Made by a program: the position numbers and the translations under genes | In this document: in pieces, positions 12,918 through 24,965 of the stretch | Numbering within the stretch: position 1 is the stretch's first letter | Layout of the letters: each line of letters begins with the position of its first letter | The notes under the pieces: model-generated | The model's input: only the letters and a program-made list of their open reading frames with translations | The model's database searches: none | Told to the model about the DNA's origin: nothing | Source of the DNA: Setoptus koraiensis | Lineage: Eukaryota > Animalia > Arthropoda | Assembly: GCA_048013815.1 (NCBI GenBank) | Contig: CM106585.1 | Location: forward strand, 17,980,001-18,044,000 | Reading direction: 5' to 3' | Length of the DNA stretch: 64,000 bases

Positions 12918-15320
12918 AGCCAATTTGTGATGTCACTTGATGGGTTCAATAGCTCACCGGCCAGATTAAATTGTCCACTGAATGCCAGAAGGGAAAAAGC
13001 GAAAAAAGCTCCGAAATCATGTTACATTTCGCTAATAGGCGAGCGTCAGTCGTCACTTGATGGGGCATCATGGGGGCCCAGTTTTCATGTTCTGTTGCCA
13101 CTTTGTGTGTCACGTACGAACGTGTGTATTTTCCACACAAATTACCGTTTTATGGTGTGTATTTCCGTGGAAATGCTCGAGGAAGTGTGACCATTATGAC
13201 CAGCGCCAGGTTAGCGAACTTAGCCGGCCGGGCCTTGCCGATAATGCGGTCATTCAAACCACTGGTATGGCGAAATTTTAATCTTCCAATCGAAAATAAA
13301 TTATATGAGACGAGAGTGCTCGAACTAGCGAGGAGCAAACAGTTGCCAGAGGGCGATATGTACATTTGTATGGACAAATCTGGCTCTCTCGCTGGCCAAT
13401 CCAGCAGAGCTAGCCCGAATTGGCTAGGCAGCGCGAATTCAATAGCACTTCAAACGGTCATTATATCGAGCAGAGTGCGCGTTATTTATTACCGAATCAT
13501 CGCTGCTACTTTACATAGTTTGCTGGTCAATGTGTTTTAAATGGATGCGCCCGGCTACGCGAAAAGTGGCGGCATCAACAACGCACGCTCTCGACAGAAA
13601 ATAGGTGACGAAGCGCCGCAAAGTAGCGAACAAAAGTGCGCCTTGCCAAAAGAATCGTTATTACATAATACACAAGTGGCTCGGAGTGAGCCAAATAAAA
13701 GTGAAGTAGCGACCAAACAGGTAAGCCGCGGTGTATGTATGCATATACGCGCGATACTCGAGATACCTGTTTACCTGTGTACAGACGCGCAGATGAGGCG
13801 CGCCAACTCGTCATGTTGTCGTCATGCCCTTTGGGGATACTCGCTTGGCGAGCTAGCCAGTCTAGCCAGTCTGGCAGCCTGCCTGGCAGTCAGCCAGAGA
13901 GTCGAGAGTGTACCCAATGGGCACGCAGTTTTGCTATCAATTTGACGGCCTCATCCAGTCAACACCTACGCGGCCCCACGTTGACTCGGCCAGACATAAT
14001 TAACACGTGCCGTTATTTGTCACTGTCAGACTCTGCGTGGCCTTGCTGTTATTGATTGCGTCTGATTGACATTCGCACGAGCGAATCGCCACCGCATAGG
14101 TGACGCAAGTGACGAAAGGCAAAATTAATGCCGCTGCCGCGTCAAGTTGGCTGCTAATAAATACGCTGTAACTTGAAACAGTGTTTGTTACGAAACGGAA
14201 AAAAACTAGCCAGTCAACGCGGTGTGGGTGTGAAGGTCGCTTCACATTTTCGCCACGACAGGTACGTTCCGACGGCAACAACAATATTCAATAGACAACA
14301 CAATCAGGCGCGCCACATTTCTCCAACCAAAAGTGGACACGGCCAGAGGAGATGTTGCTGTCGACTGGCTGCTATCTATTAATTTTCTAAATAATTTTCT
14401 ATGGGCCAGTGTGTCACTTGGCCGACATTCGAGCGCGATATATCCCGTTCTATTCATTGGTTAACACAATTGGCCCACAAAAGCGATAACAATGAGGCGA
14501 GTATCACTAACAACAACAACTATTAACGGCAAGGAGAGCGTCGCCTCGGCCACTGGGAACGGAATCGCGTCGGCTACTGGGAACCCAGTGGCAAAAGATG
14601 AAAATACAGTAATCCAATCATCCTCTCACAATGCAGCGCTTCCTCTAGACACCCAGCCCGAGCTGCTTAGTGTTCGCTATCTGACAATCTATATACTTAT
14701 TGTCTGCTATCTGGTCGACATAAACAACAATAATCCATTTATGGAGCACCCCATACAATGGTAATTGTTGCGCTTGGTACGCTGTTGTCGCTGGCTGTTG
14801 TCCATGATCAGAGCACAATTCGTTTGCTTAGATTACCTGTACAGGCTCCGGTGTACATACATATCCTATAATGTCAGTCACCAATAATGTAATGACATGG
14901 AATTATTACTCGAGACGGAAGTGGCGCCCCATTGCGGATTCCAAGTAAACTCGATTGGCGCTGCCAACAAGAGGACAAAAAAGGAAGCCTCTTTATCCAA
15001 AAGACAACTCGTACATGGATTGAGTAGGTGGCTGGGGAAGGCTCGTCTTTCCCGTTCACTCTTGCACGGTTCGATGGTGCGATATTTGAGAGCCCCTCCT
15101 GAAGAAAAATCTCTCGTTTTGGGAGAGGGGGGGGAGTCTCACATTCACGTCTCACCGGCAGATTCCAAATCGTGATCTCCCATCATGTGAGCTGTGAGCG
15201 GGAGATTTCCTAACCTGCTCACGTCGTGAGCCTCACGAGGTGTGAAACGTGAATGTTGCGCCGTTTCTCATCAATTCATGAACTTGTTCTCATTGATTGG
15301 GCAAAAGACACAGGCGACTT

Positions 15321-15426
15321 TTTTCACCGAAAAATTTTCACCGAAAAATTTTCACCGAAAAATTTTCACCGAAAAATTTTCACCGAAAAATTTTCACCGA
15401 AAAATTTTCACCGAAAAAATTTTCAC
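15321..15426. repeat. 14-bp tandem repeat TTTTCACCGAAAAA, 7 copies
   Basis: Perfect units from 15321. Each unit is a TTTTC-ACC-GAAAA quasi-palindrome. Lies just downstream of the NRF-6-like CDS. Confidence 0.95.
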
Positions 15427-15503
15427 ACAACGATGAGGTAATGAATAAATTTGTTCGCATTTCGCGTCAGTTATGACTTTATTTGCACGCGTGGTGCCAA
15501 GTA

Positions 15504-18255
15504 TCATAACCGAATACGAGCTAATAATTTTGCTTGTAAGATGGTCAAGCACGATTTCATTGGTGACTCCATCACTAGATAGACCACAAATGAGACCAGA
15601 TAAATAATAACAGATTGAGCAATCATCAAGAAGGTGAGCATGTCGTAATCTAGCCTGAGTGTGTGCTGTAAGCGTCCATTAATTATCAATACCATCAACG
15701 GGTCCAATAATAAAAATGTCAAGCTTATGCGCGATAATGGCAGCCAACCTGGCCAATTGAGAAATTTCCTGGCGCTTAAACCGTTACCCAGTGACCCAGT
15801 GGATAATTGAATGAGAATAATGGGCACCACATAGGCGTACAGAAGAACCGTTAGAGCCATACAAACATAAATGGTGGCAGTGCCAAAGTAGAACATGTGA
15901 TATTGCTCCGGTAAATGAGCCAAAAGGAACATGGGGCTCAGTGACAGCACAAACAATAGTGTTGCCGTGAACCAATTTGATACTATTTGCATCCTCACTG
16001 TGTCAACGAAACGAACAATGAATTGCACTCCATTTGCCCTGATTGCCTCGCTATGTCTGGCATTCGTCTCATATAAGTGTAACATGTAGCCTGACGTGAT
16101 GCCCATGAGAAAATATGTGGCCCTCAGTGGCGTGTAGTGATAGATTTTGTTTAGTTCGTGGCCAAATCTAGATAGTAAATTGAATGGAGAAAAAAGGAAC
16201 GCGCATTGTAACAGGGGTGAAAATTGATTGAAATGTTGCAATGTCTGACAGTGCGTATGATAATTAGAAAGCATCAATCACAATTACACTTACACAGTGG
16301 TGAAAGCAAGCGGCTCAATTGAGATTCTGGCGATGCTGCGCACCACATCGGGAATGTAAACATCGCTCGCTAGGTAGTGAATGAAATGAGCAACAGGAAG
16401 TGCCACACAAACTGAAAAGGCCGCTCTAGGTGCCCTGGTTCCGACGATTCAATCAGACGGGTAGAGTTTTGAGTAATTAGTTAATTGGTTGCTAGTCGAC
16501 TAGCTTGGCGGAATATTGGTTGGCACGAATAGCGGACATGAGAGATTCGTGCTCGATAAGAAAAGTTACTCACTTGGCGTAGGCTATGATTATTATGGGC
16601 GCGAGAACAATTGTGCACTGCAAATCGATTGCCAAATACCAGGCAGACGGGATACAATTTTGGTATTCTGGGCGCAAATTTACAACGGCCAACAATGTGT
16701 AAAACCAGCTCTCTTGTTGACACAAATACAAATTTGTGCCTGTCGATGTTCCGTAGTCCCACGAGGGACCCGAACCAATGTACTTGGCCAGATATTTTGC
16801 CACTAGAGTGACCGCCACCCACATGGGCATGACACGAAGGTACCGACTTGTACAGAAGGCCAGCCAGATGCTGGGCCTCATAATGGCGTGCTGTTGTTGC
16901 TGTTGATTGGCGATATCTTTTGCCTGATGACATTTGCTCGCTTGTGAGAATGCAGGAAATCTCGTGAAGATCTTATAGGCGATAAGGGCTCCTGTTATCA
17001 TGAGAAAATTGTTCACTCCCATGGCGCCCAACATTAGATGATACTTTGCAAATGAATTCCACGCTTTCATCATGTCGACCATTCGAATGGTTGGCGTGAC
17101 GAACAGAAAAAAATGTGTCTTCATCACAATGAACAATAGTATCACTTTGACACAATGCAAATAGTTGAGATCTATCACTGGCCTGGGCGATTGCGACTGG
17201 GTCGCTTCCGTCAACAGGCACACCTCTTTTCCTCTTGGAGTCTTGTCGCTAGCTAATGCTGCCGATTCAACAGGTGACCCACATTTCGGCATAGCAAACA
17301 ATTTCGATACGTTTGCTCTAACTGAGAAAATCTCATATAGTTTTTTCTTCTCAACACCAACGTCATAAATATCCATGATAGTTGCTATTGCTGTCCACAT
17401 CAACCAAGTGACAAATAATAAAACGACACAACTGGCAGCGGGATCGTATCTCCATTGCGTAAGTGGTGATTCCTTGTCTGGTAGACAGTAGATGTCGCCT
17501 ATTTGGTAGCCCGTGTAGCCCGCACCAAAATTGACTTCCATCAATTTGCTGAGAATTTGTTTGTTTTGCTCTTGTTCGGCGGCCAATGAATCACACGTTT
17601 CCGGCAGGCAAACTGCACTTTTCACTGTGGAATATTTCCATTCGTTGAAGCCATGTGTATGCTTCCATTGAGGCCACCTCAGGTGCGCCAAACAATATCT
17701 AGATCTCGATAATGTTGAGTCTTTCGACGATGTGCCAGAGTAATCGTATCGCGCTTCGATGCACTGGTCGTAGTCACCTAGCCAGGTGAGCACACCGCGT
17801 ACAAACGAACCCTCGGGTCGACCATATGAGTCCAACAAATTAAACAGTCTGTAATCTGATGATTGGCTCAATAGTGGGCGTCCATTTGTTTGCTCTTGTT
17901 TCAATCTATTCGCTAAAAATCTCAGCTTGATAGCGCAGTCTGTATGATTGACTTTTGGACCGCCAGAGATTAGTTTGTCGTTGAATGAATGATATTGATG
18001 CAAAGTGCTGGCGTCTATAATGGGCAAACGCCAGTTGAACATGAATAACTTTCTTATGTATTCTTGTAGGTCGATTTGCCTGTCGTCCCTGAGATCCATC
18101 ATTATTTCCTCTGTATCAAATGCATCGTGTATTAAAAGTGTTCTATTGATGCCGGCAAGATCGTCTGGCACATCCGGTACGTTGTTGGCAACAGTAACTG
18201 TGGCCGCCCAGGCAACCACTAAAGCTATTAATTTATTGCATGATGATATTCTCAT
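15504..18255 (-). CDS. Nose resistant to fluoxetine-6 (NRF-6)-like protein: signal peptide, NRF domain and acyltransferase-3 multi-TM domain; 3 exons
   Basis: NRF motifs LLDSYGRPEGSFVRG..WLGDYDQC and YCLAHL..VCLPETC. Acyltransferase motifs RYLRVMP, CQQESW, WYLAIDLQ and WLPLSRISL. Exons about 18255-16575, 16433-16294 and 16170-15504 join in frame through GT-AG introns. Confidence 0.85.
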
Positions 18256-19574
18256 GATGATTGTTCCTTGATTGATTATGCATAACAATTTATCTCTCTC
18301 TTTCTTTTATTGGTTGCTGTAGGCCTTTGTTGTATTTGATACTGATCATACGAATGACAACGGTGTCGCCAACATGAGATCTATTACTCTGTCCGATTAG
18401 CAACACGTTGAAACTGGATTTTTTGTTGGACCGGAATCGATTTTGTTTTATGTGCAAGAATGATAAGATGAATCTGAGTGTATCTCCAATCGATTGAGCT
18501 GAATCTATCTCAGTAACAATATGGGGTTAAGTTCATCTAGGTTACCCTGCGAGTAAGCTAATTAAATTAGTTGATCTTGAAATTTGGACGGAGTAGCTCT
18601 GGCCACAAAATGGTGGCAAATTATAGCGCGCAAACAAATTTATATGTCAGAGATCTCGATCTATCATCGACTCGGCAAACTAAAAGAGGTCCTTCCGAAT
18701 TAATTAATTCGATTTTCACAATCAATATGGCATCAGAACTGATTGAACTATTTTCTACAAAATTTTTCTTCATCTAAAGTGGGTGTGTTTATGTTTGAAT
18801 TCGGAAAACTTGAATGCATTCGAACCGTTATCCTCGTTCAAGGTTAAAATAAATACAAGTTAGCAGCATTCAACAAGTTTGACAAAAGCTGGTCTGAGCA
18901 ACTAGTGTAGTTCAAGCAAGCAGTTGTGTACAGACTAGATTTTTGCCAACTGAATTGCTGCTAACTTGTATTTATTCCGTGATTCTTTAGAGGCCATCAT
19001 TTACATTTTAAAATAGACATTATTACTCTTACTACTTATTGAGCTCAATTGGAACGGAACATTATCACTATTAACTTCAGAGAATCTTCTAGAATTTAAC
19101 CGTGTAAATGACAATCTTCATTATCCTCATCTTAGCAAAATATGTACATAGCCAGAAAGGATATAACTTGGAAAGGCAGAGACGTAGTCAATAATGTGCA
19201 GATTCGAACGCAGATAAAACCGTATAAACGAATAGAGTCAACTGGATATGTTACTTGTTTCCTATCTGATTAGGAAGCAGAGATATTTAATCTTGATATA
19301 CTGGATAATGAGTAGCAGACAATTATCAATCTGTGTTTTAAGAGTCCCCAGGTGAGGGAATACAAGAAATACGTAGAAAAGCGAACTGCGTGGATACCTC
19401 TGCAAATAGTTGCTTATAAAAAAATGAACTAGACAAATGTTGTATTGTTGTTGCAGTTATGAATTTGATATATTCAGCGCAAAACTTTATTTTTGTCCAA
19501 GCACGAGATGGAAATATAAAAATAAATGCATTAAAAATCACTCAGATGACGATGCGGATAGTCCAAGGGACGTA

Positions 19575-20288
19575 TTAACCTGAGCACATCAGGCAATCAG
19601 CTCCATTTGCTCGACTACACGCCAACACTTGATCGTTATCGGTTACATCGCCAGATAGACTGCTATCTTCGCTACTGGCCTCTATGTTTTTGTTTAGCTT
19701 CTTTTTGACTTTTAACTTGTCTACAGTAAATTGAATAGGATTGGCAGCTGGCTTGGCACGAAGGTAATAACAACCTGTCTTGAGTCCTTTTTTCCAACCA
19801 TAGAAATGCATTGATGAGATGACACTACGATTAGGTTTAGCCAAATGAATATTCAGGGATTGACTCTGATCAATAAATGCACCCCGATCGGCAGCCATAT
19901 CAATAATAGCTCTCTGGGATACTTCCCATACGGTTTTGTGAAGATTTTTTATGTCAGTAGGTATCTCGTCGATGTTTTGTATGGACCCGTGGTCTCTTAA
20001 GATTTGCATTTTAATCTGTTCATTCCAAAGATTGTTCTCGGTGAGATCCTTCAATAGGTGATGATTTACAACCTGAAATTCTCCACTTAATACACGACGA
20101 CTGTAGATATTGCTAGTATATGGCTCAATTGACTCGTTGTTTCCAAGTATCTGAGCGGTCGAGGCAGTTGGCATTGGGGCTAAGAGTAGGGAGTTTCTTA
20201 CTCCGAATTTAGCTACACGCTTTCTTAAACCTTCCCAGTCATTTTGTCCTTCGGTTGGTTTGACACCCCACATGTCAAATTGGAATAT
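19575..20288 (-). CDS. RRM1: Ribonucleotide reductase large subunit, C-terminal part (about 237 aa)
   Basis: [69 protein letters not shown] and the terminal C-x7-C-x2-C tail ([15 protein letters not shown]). Confidence 0.95.
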   Translation of the reverse strand: MFQFDMWGVKPTEGQNDWEGLRKRVAKFGVRNSLLLAPMPTASTAQILGNNESIEPYTSNIYSRRVLSGEFQVVNHHLLKDLTENNLWNEQIKMQILRDHGSIQNIDEIPTDIKNLHKTVWEVSQRAIIDMAADRGAFIDQSQSLNIHLAKPNRSVISSMHFYGWKKGLKTGCYYLRAKPAANPIQFTVDKLKVKKKLNKNIEASSEDSSLSGDVTDNDQVLACSRANGADCLMCSG

Positions 20289-20767
20289 TGCTCACACTTA
20301 TCGTCCGCAGAGACATAATCTCTCTCCACGTACTTATCACTTTGTTTCAAATGTTTGATCATGATGGTGATGGTAACATCACCATACAAGAGCTATCAAA
20401 GTCTCTTGAAAGCCTTGGTATGGTTATACCCGAGAAAGATCTTGAAAACATGATCAAACATATTGACACAAATGGTGATGGTTCCGTGAACATGGAGGAG
20501 TTTAAAGGGTTGTATGAAACAATAATGGAGGAGAAGGACGAAGAAGAGGATATTAAAGAAGCGTTTAATGTTTTTGACAAAAACGGAGATGGGTTCATCT
20601 CGGTTGAGGAGCTTATGTCCGTTTTAACTTCACTTGGATTTAGACAAGGTCGAACCATCGAGGATTGCAAACTTATGGTCAAGAAGGTGGATGTGGATGG
20701 CGACGGGATGGTTAACTATAAAGAATTCAGGCAAATGATGAAAGGTGGTGGCTTTGCATCAATGTAA
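20288..20767 (+). CDS. Plant-type calmodulin-like protein (CML3/CML5-like, 4 EF-hands) as a 5'-truncated cDNA; probable host-plant contaminant
   Basis: EF loops [27 protein letters not shown] and DVDGDGMVN. The plant CML signatures LG(L/F)xQGRTxEDC and the C-terminal MMKGGGF are present. The first ~50 nt do not look like a normal N-terminus. A 3'UTR and poly(A) follow. Confidence 0.85.
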   Translation: MLTLIVRRDIISLHVLITLFQMFDHDGDGNITIQELSKSLESLGMVIPEKDLENMIKHIDTNGDGSVNMEEFKGLYETIMEEKDEEEDIKEAFNVFDKNGDGFISVEELMSVLTSLGFRQGRTIEDCKLMVKKVDVDGDGMVNYKEFRQMMKGGGFASM

Positions 20768-20882
20768 ACCACTTGATACATTGTTATTGAAACTCTTTTT
20801 TGTTTACATTCTTGATTGATCATCATGTATTCTTTTTGGGCTTTCAAATTCAATCTAAGATAAGATTATAAAATTTATTAAG

Positions 20883-20921
<39 letters not shown>
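20883..20921 (+). other. Poly(A) tract (39 A) ending the CML cDNA
   Basis: Pure A run 115 nt after the CML stop codon. Confidence 0.9.
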
Positions 20922-20923
<2 letters not shown>

Positions 20924-21307
20924 AAAAAGAAATATGTACTCTCTGCGTTGATGACAACTGTCTTTGTGCGTATTGTTCGCTAACATTAGAGACTAGTTGG
21001 ACGCAGAAGACCGGGGTGGGGGGGGGTGTGAGGGGGGGGGGGGGGGTGGGTGGGGATTTGGATTGGTGGTGTTGTGGTGGTGGGTTGTATTGCGGTTATG
21101 TCGAGTAGTTGCATTTGATATGGTATTAGGATTGTCTGGGGTGGAAGGGGTTGTGTGGTCTCGTGGGGGGGGTGTGGATTGAAAGAGATGTTGGGGTTGA
21201 TTGGTTGGGGTGGGTGGTTAGGATTTGAGTGGAGTTATGTGCGTAGGGGGGGGGGGGGGGGGGGGGGCGGGGGGGGGGGGTGGGGGGGGGGGGGGGGGGA
21301 ACAGGGC

Positions 21308-21338
<31 letters not shown>

Positions 21339-21358
21339 AGGGGGGGGGGGGGGGGGGT

Positions 21359-21390
<32 letters not shown>

Positions 21391-22292
21391 GGTGTGGGGG
21401 GGGGGGGGGGGGGGGGGTGGGTTTGGGTGTTGGGGTGTGTGGTGTGGGGTGTGGTTGTGCGGGAGTTGGTGGGGTGTTGGTTGTTGTGTTTGGTGGGTGT
21501 GAGAGAGATGTGGGTGTTGTGGGTGTGTTGGTTGTGTCGTATTTTGTGTGGTGGAGGGGTGAGTGGGTGTGTGTGTGTAGAGAGTGGTGGTGAGAGTGTT
21601 GTGGGGTAGTGTTGTGGTGTGTGGTTGAGTGCGTGGTGTGAGTGTGTGGTTGTTGGTGTGTGTGAGTTGAGTGTGGGGTGGTGTGTGCGTGTGGTGGTGG
21701 TGGGTGAGAGTGCGTTGTGGGGCGTTTGTGTGTTGGGGTGGTTGCGCGTGGGGTTTGTGGTTGGTGGGTGAGTGTGTGTGGGTGTGTGTGTGGGTGGTGT
21801 CGTGCGTGTGGGGTGGTGTGAGAGAGCGGTGCGTGCGTGAGTTGAGTGTGGGTGTGGTGGGGCGGGGTGGGGTGTGTGCGTGAGTGTGGTTGAGTGTGTG
21901 TGAGTTGTGTGGGTTGAGTGTGGTGGGTGTGTGTGTGAGGGAGTGTGTGGGGTGTTTAGGAGAGGTGGGAGTGGGTGTGTGGGAGAGTGGAGAGATGATG
22001 GGGTCGTGTGTGAGGTGGGAGTATTGGTATATGTGTGTGTAGGGGCGGAGTGTGTGCGCGAGAGAGGTGTTGCGTGTGAGGAGGTGAGTGAGAGGTGATG
22101 TTAGTGCGTGTGTTGCGCGAGAGTAGTGTGTGTGTGGTGATGGGTAGCGGGAGAGAGTGGGTAGTGCGGGTGAGTGTGTGCGAGTGGTGGGGCGTGAGAG
22201 AGAAGGGATGTGTTGTGGGAATGTTTGTTGATGGCGATGGGTGGTGTGTGGGGTTGTGTTGGAGTTGTGTTGTTGGAGTGTGGGTGTGCGTG
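20922..22292. other. Low-complexity G-rich and GT-rich tract, probably low-quality read tail after poly(A)
   Basis: Long G runs and aperiodic G/T sequence with no consistent repeat unit, running directly into the N gap. Confidence 0.75.
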
Positions 22293-22792
22293 NNNNNNNN
22301 NNNNNNNNNNNNNNNNNNNNNNNNNNNNNNNNNNNNNNNNNNNNNNNNNNNNNNNNNNNNNNNNNNNNNNNNNNNNNNNNNNNNNNNNNNNNNNNNNNNN
22401 NNNNNNNNNNNNNNNNNNNNNNNNNNNNNNNNNNNNNNNNNNNNNNNNNNNNNNNNNNNNNNNNNNNNNNNNNNNNNNNNNNNNNNNNNNNNNNNNNNNN
22501 NNNNNNNNNNNNNNNNNNNNNNNNNNNNNNNNNNNNNNNNNNNNNNNNNNNNNNNNNNNNNNNNNNNNNNNNNNNNNNNNNNNNNNNNNNNNNNNNNNNN
22601 NNNNNNNNNNNNNNNNNNNNNNNNNNNNNNNNNNNNNNNNNNNNNNNNNNNNNNNNNNNNNNNNNNNNNNNNNNNNNNNNNNNNNNNNNNNNNNNNNNNN
22701 NNNNNNNNNNNNNNNNNNNNNNNNNNNNNNNNNNNNNNNNNNNNNNNNNNNNNNNNNNNNNNNNNNNNNNNNNNNNNNNNNNNNNNNNNNNN
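22293..22792. other. Assembly gap of exactly 500 N
   Basis: N run counted from the sequence. Confidence 1.
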
Positions 22793-24013
22793 CGTACCTG
22801 TTTCTATCTGAGCGTTGACAATGTGAAACCATAGCTGTTGAGCTTTAATCTGACGGCGGAAGCGCCCCTCGGACTCGTACTTGGTGTACAATTTGTCAAA
22901 TTCTTCGCCCCAGCATTCAAACAAACCTGGGCATTCGTGGGGACACATTAGAGACCACATGCCATCCTCTTCGACTCTTCTCATGAACAAGTCTGGTATC
23001 CATAAGGCGTAAAAGAGATCCCTTGCTCTAATTTCTTCTGCTCCAGTGTTCTTCTTCAAATCAACAAACTGGAAAACGTCCGCATGCCAGGGTTCCAAAT
23101 AAATGGCAAACGCTCCAGGCCTCTTATTTCCTCCTTGATCAACGTAGCGGGCGGTGTCATTGTACACCTTGAGCATGGGAACCAGACCGTTGCTAGTACC
23201 GTTGGTGCCCGCAATATAAGATCCAGTGGCTCTGATACAGTGAACTGCCAGCCCGATACCTCCGGCCGATTTAGATATAAGTGCACATTGGTTCAATGTT
23301 TGAAAGATTCCGTCGATGGAGTCCTCTTGCATTTCCAACAGGAAGCAGGACGAAAGTTGAGGTCTGGGTGTGCCGGCATTGAACAATGTTGGTGAGGCAT
23401 GGGTGAACCATTTTTCCGACAATAGGTTGTATGTTTCTATAGCTGCTTGAATATCTTCACCATGAATAGCTACCGCTACCCTCATGAGCATCTGTTGCGG
23501 ACGTTCGACAACTTTACCATTGATTTTCAGTAGATAGCTTCGTTCAAGTGTTTTAAAACCAAAGTAATTGTAGCTAAAATCGCGATCATAATTGATGACG
23601 GGGTTAAGAAGGTCGGCGTGTTTCTGAACTATTCTGTAGGTTTCCTCGCTGATTGCCGGAGTTTTCCTTTTACTGCTTTCGTTGACCATCTCGTAGAGGT
23701 CTTTGATGACCTCGCTGAACTTGTCATTCGTCTCCTTGTGTAGATTGGAGATAGCTATACGAGCGGCCAAAATGGCGTAATCTGGGTGTTTAACGGTCAT
23801 GGTGGCGGCAGTTTCTGCGGCTAGATTGTCCAGCTCAACTGTTGTGACACCCCGATAAAGTCCCATTATGACGGACTTGGCTATGGCTGCCGGGTCAATA
23901 AAATTCATATTTAGGCCAAAGCTCAATTTTTCGATTCTCGAGGTTATTTTATCGAACAAAACGGCTTCTTTACGGCCATCCCTCTTGATGACAAACATCC
24001 TGTCGCTCTCCAT
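22793..24013 (-). CDS. RRM1: Ribonucleotide reductase large subunit, N-terminal part (407 aa, intronless, ends at the gap)
   Basis: ATP-cone [22 protein letters not shown], plus [50 protein letters not shown] and QIETGT at the gap edge. Confidence 0.95.
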
Positions 24014-24197
24014 TTTTTTAAAAGGCCTGAAGTTGTGATTAATAAATGATGATAAAAATTATTTTGGTGGAATTACTTGAGATAGTGATGTAATGATTTT
24101 GGGATGATGAATAATCGTGTGAGACAAGACTTTTTATACATGTGTAGATAGCGACGCTAACGTACTAGAGTGCATCAGAAGGAGTGTGAGACAATTA

Positions 24198-24205
24198 TTG
24201 GCGCG
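24198..24205. promoter_or_regulatory. Candidate E2F-like site (TTGGCGCG) in the divergent RRM1/DARS1 promoter region
   Basis: Motif match 185 bp upstream of the RRM1 ATG. RRM1 is a known E2F target in animals. A short motif like this can occur by chance. Confidence 0.3.
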
Positions 24206-24965
24206 CATATCTTTGTTACAATCGCGAACATGTTTATCTTACATTGTTATGATAGGAGTAGAAGCAGCGCGTTTTTTTGTGTGCGGAATATAGCGCGAAT
24301 TTGAAACAGGGAGCGAGCCAGGGGAGCGGGGAGGCTCCCTCCTCGCTCCCTCGGTCGGGAAGCAAGATTTCTGCTGCTCCCCCGATCACCAGGAACATCT
24401 CCTTGGTCTCTGGAAATATCAGGCGAAAGAAAGAGATACTTCGATCCACCGAAACGGTTCCAAAGAAACTCCGCCAGAGGTGCTCACCAGCCTAGAGTAT
24501 TCCGATAAATGATACATATTTCCTCTATGACGCAAGAGGTGCAGATAGACAGCCTCTCATGCGAATATTGTCATCCCCAGAAAAACATTTGCACTTTCAA
24601 AAGACGCGCTAGCCCAACACTGAAACCGGAATATTTTGACATGCACGGAGTGCAAAATTTAAAGGGAATTCGGAGCGGCCGCATGTAACTTTGCGTCACA
24701 CTCAAATGGTCAACAGGCATAGTTTTGATCTTCTACGCCAGAGGCGCTCTCTTAGAGTGCATTTGTAATTGTTACATGTTGGTCACTACGAGAGTGTTTT
24801 GTCATACATGAGCTCCCTCTATGCGTAGTCACTATTTTGGATGTGTCTGGATCAATACATGTGCGCATAATTCCCTATGAATTTTCTACAACACTTCAAT
24901 TCTCTTCCATCATTCGACATCATACGCTAATAATTTGATAAATCTAACAAGAATATAAACTTATT

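Noticed and set aside
13070-15175. Several medium ORFs and splice-like signals between the secreted pseudogene and NRF-6
   Set aside because: I could not assemble a consistent in-frame gene model or recognise a domain.
20288-20921. Genuine horizontal transfer of a plant CML into the mite
   Set aside because: Not accepted on current evidence. It interrupts an essential gene, abuts junk sequence and a gap, has no TSD, and has a garbled 5' end. It is kept only as a testable finding.
20997-22292. Gly/Val/Cys-rich ORFs, a G-quadruplex array, or an internal telomere
   Set aside because: Aperiodic G/T sequence without (TTAGG)n units, consistent with sequencing noise after poly(A).
21956-24013. 685-aa RRM1 fusion with a His/Thr/Pro-rich tail
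   Set aside because: An artefact of translating through 500 N into junk sequence.
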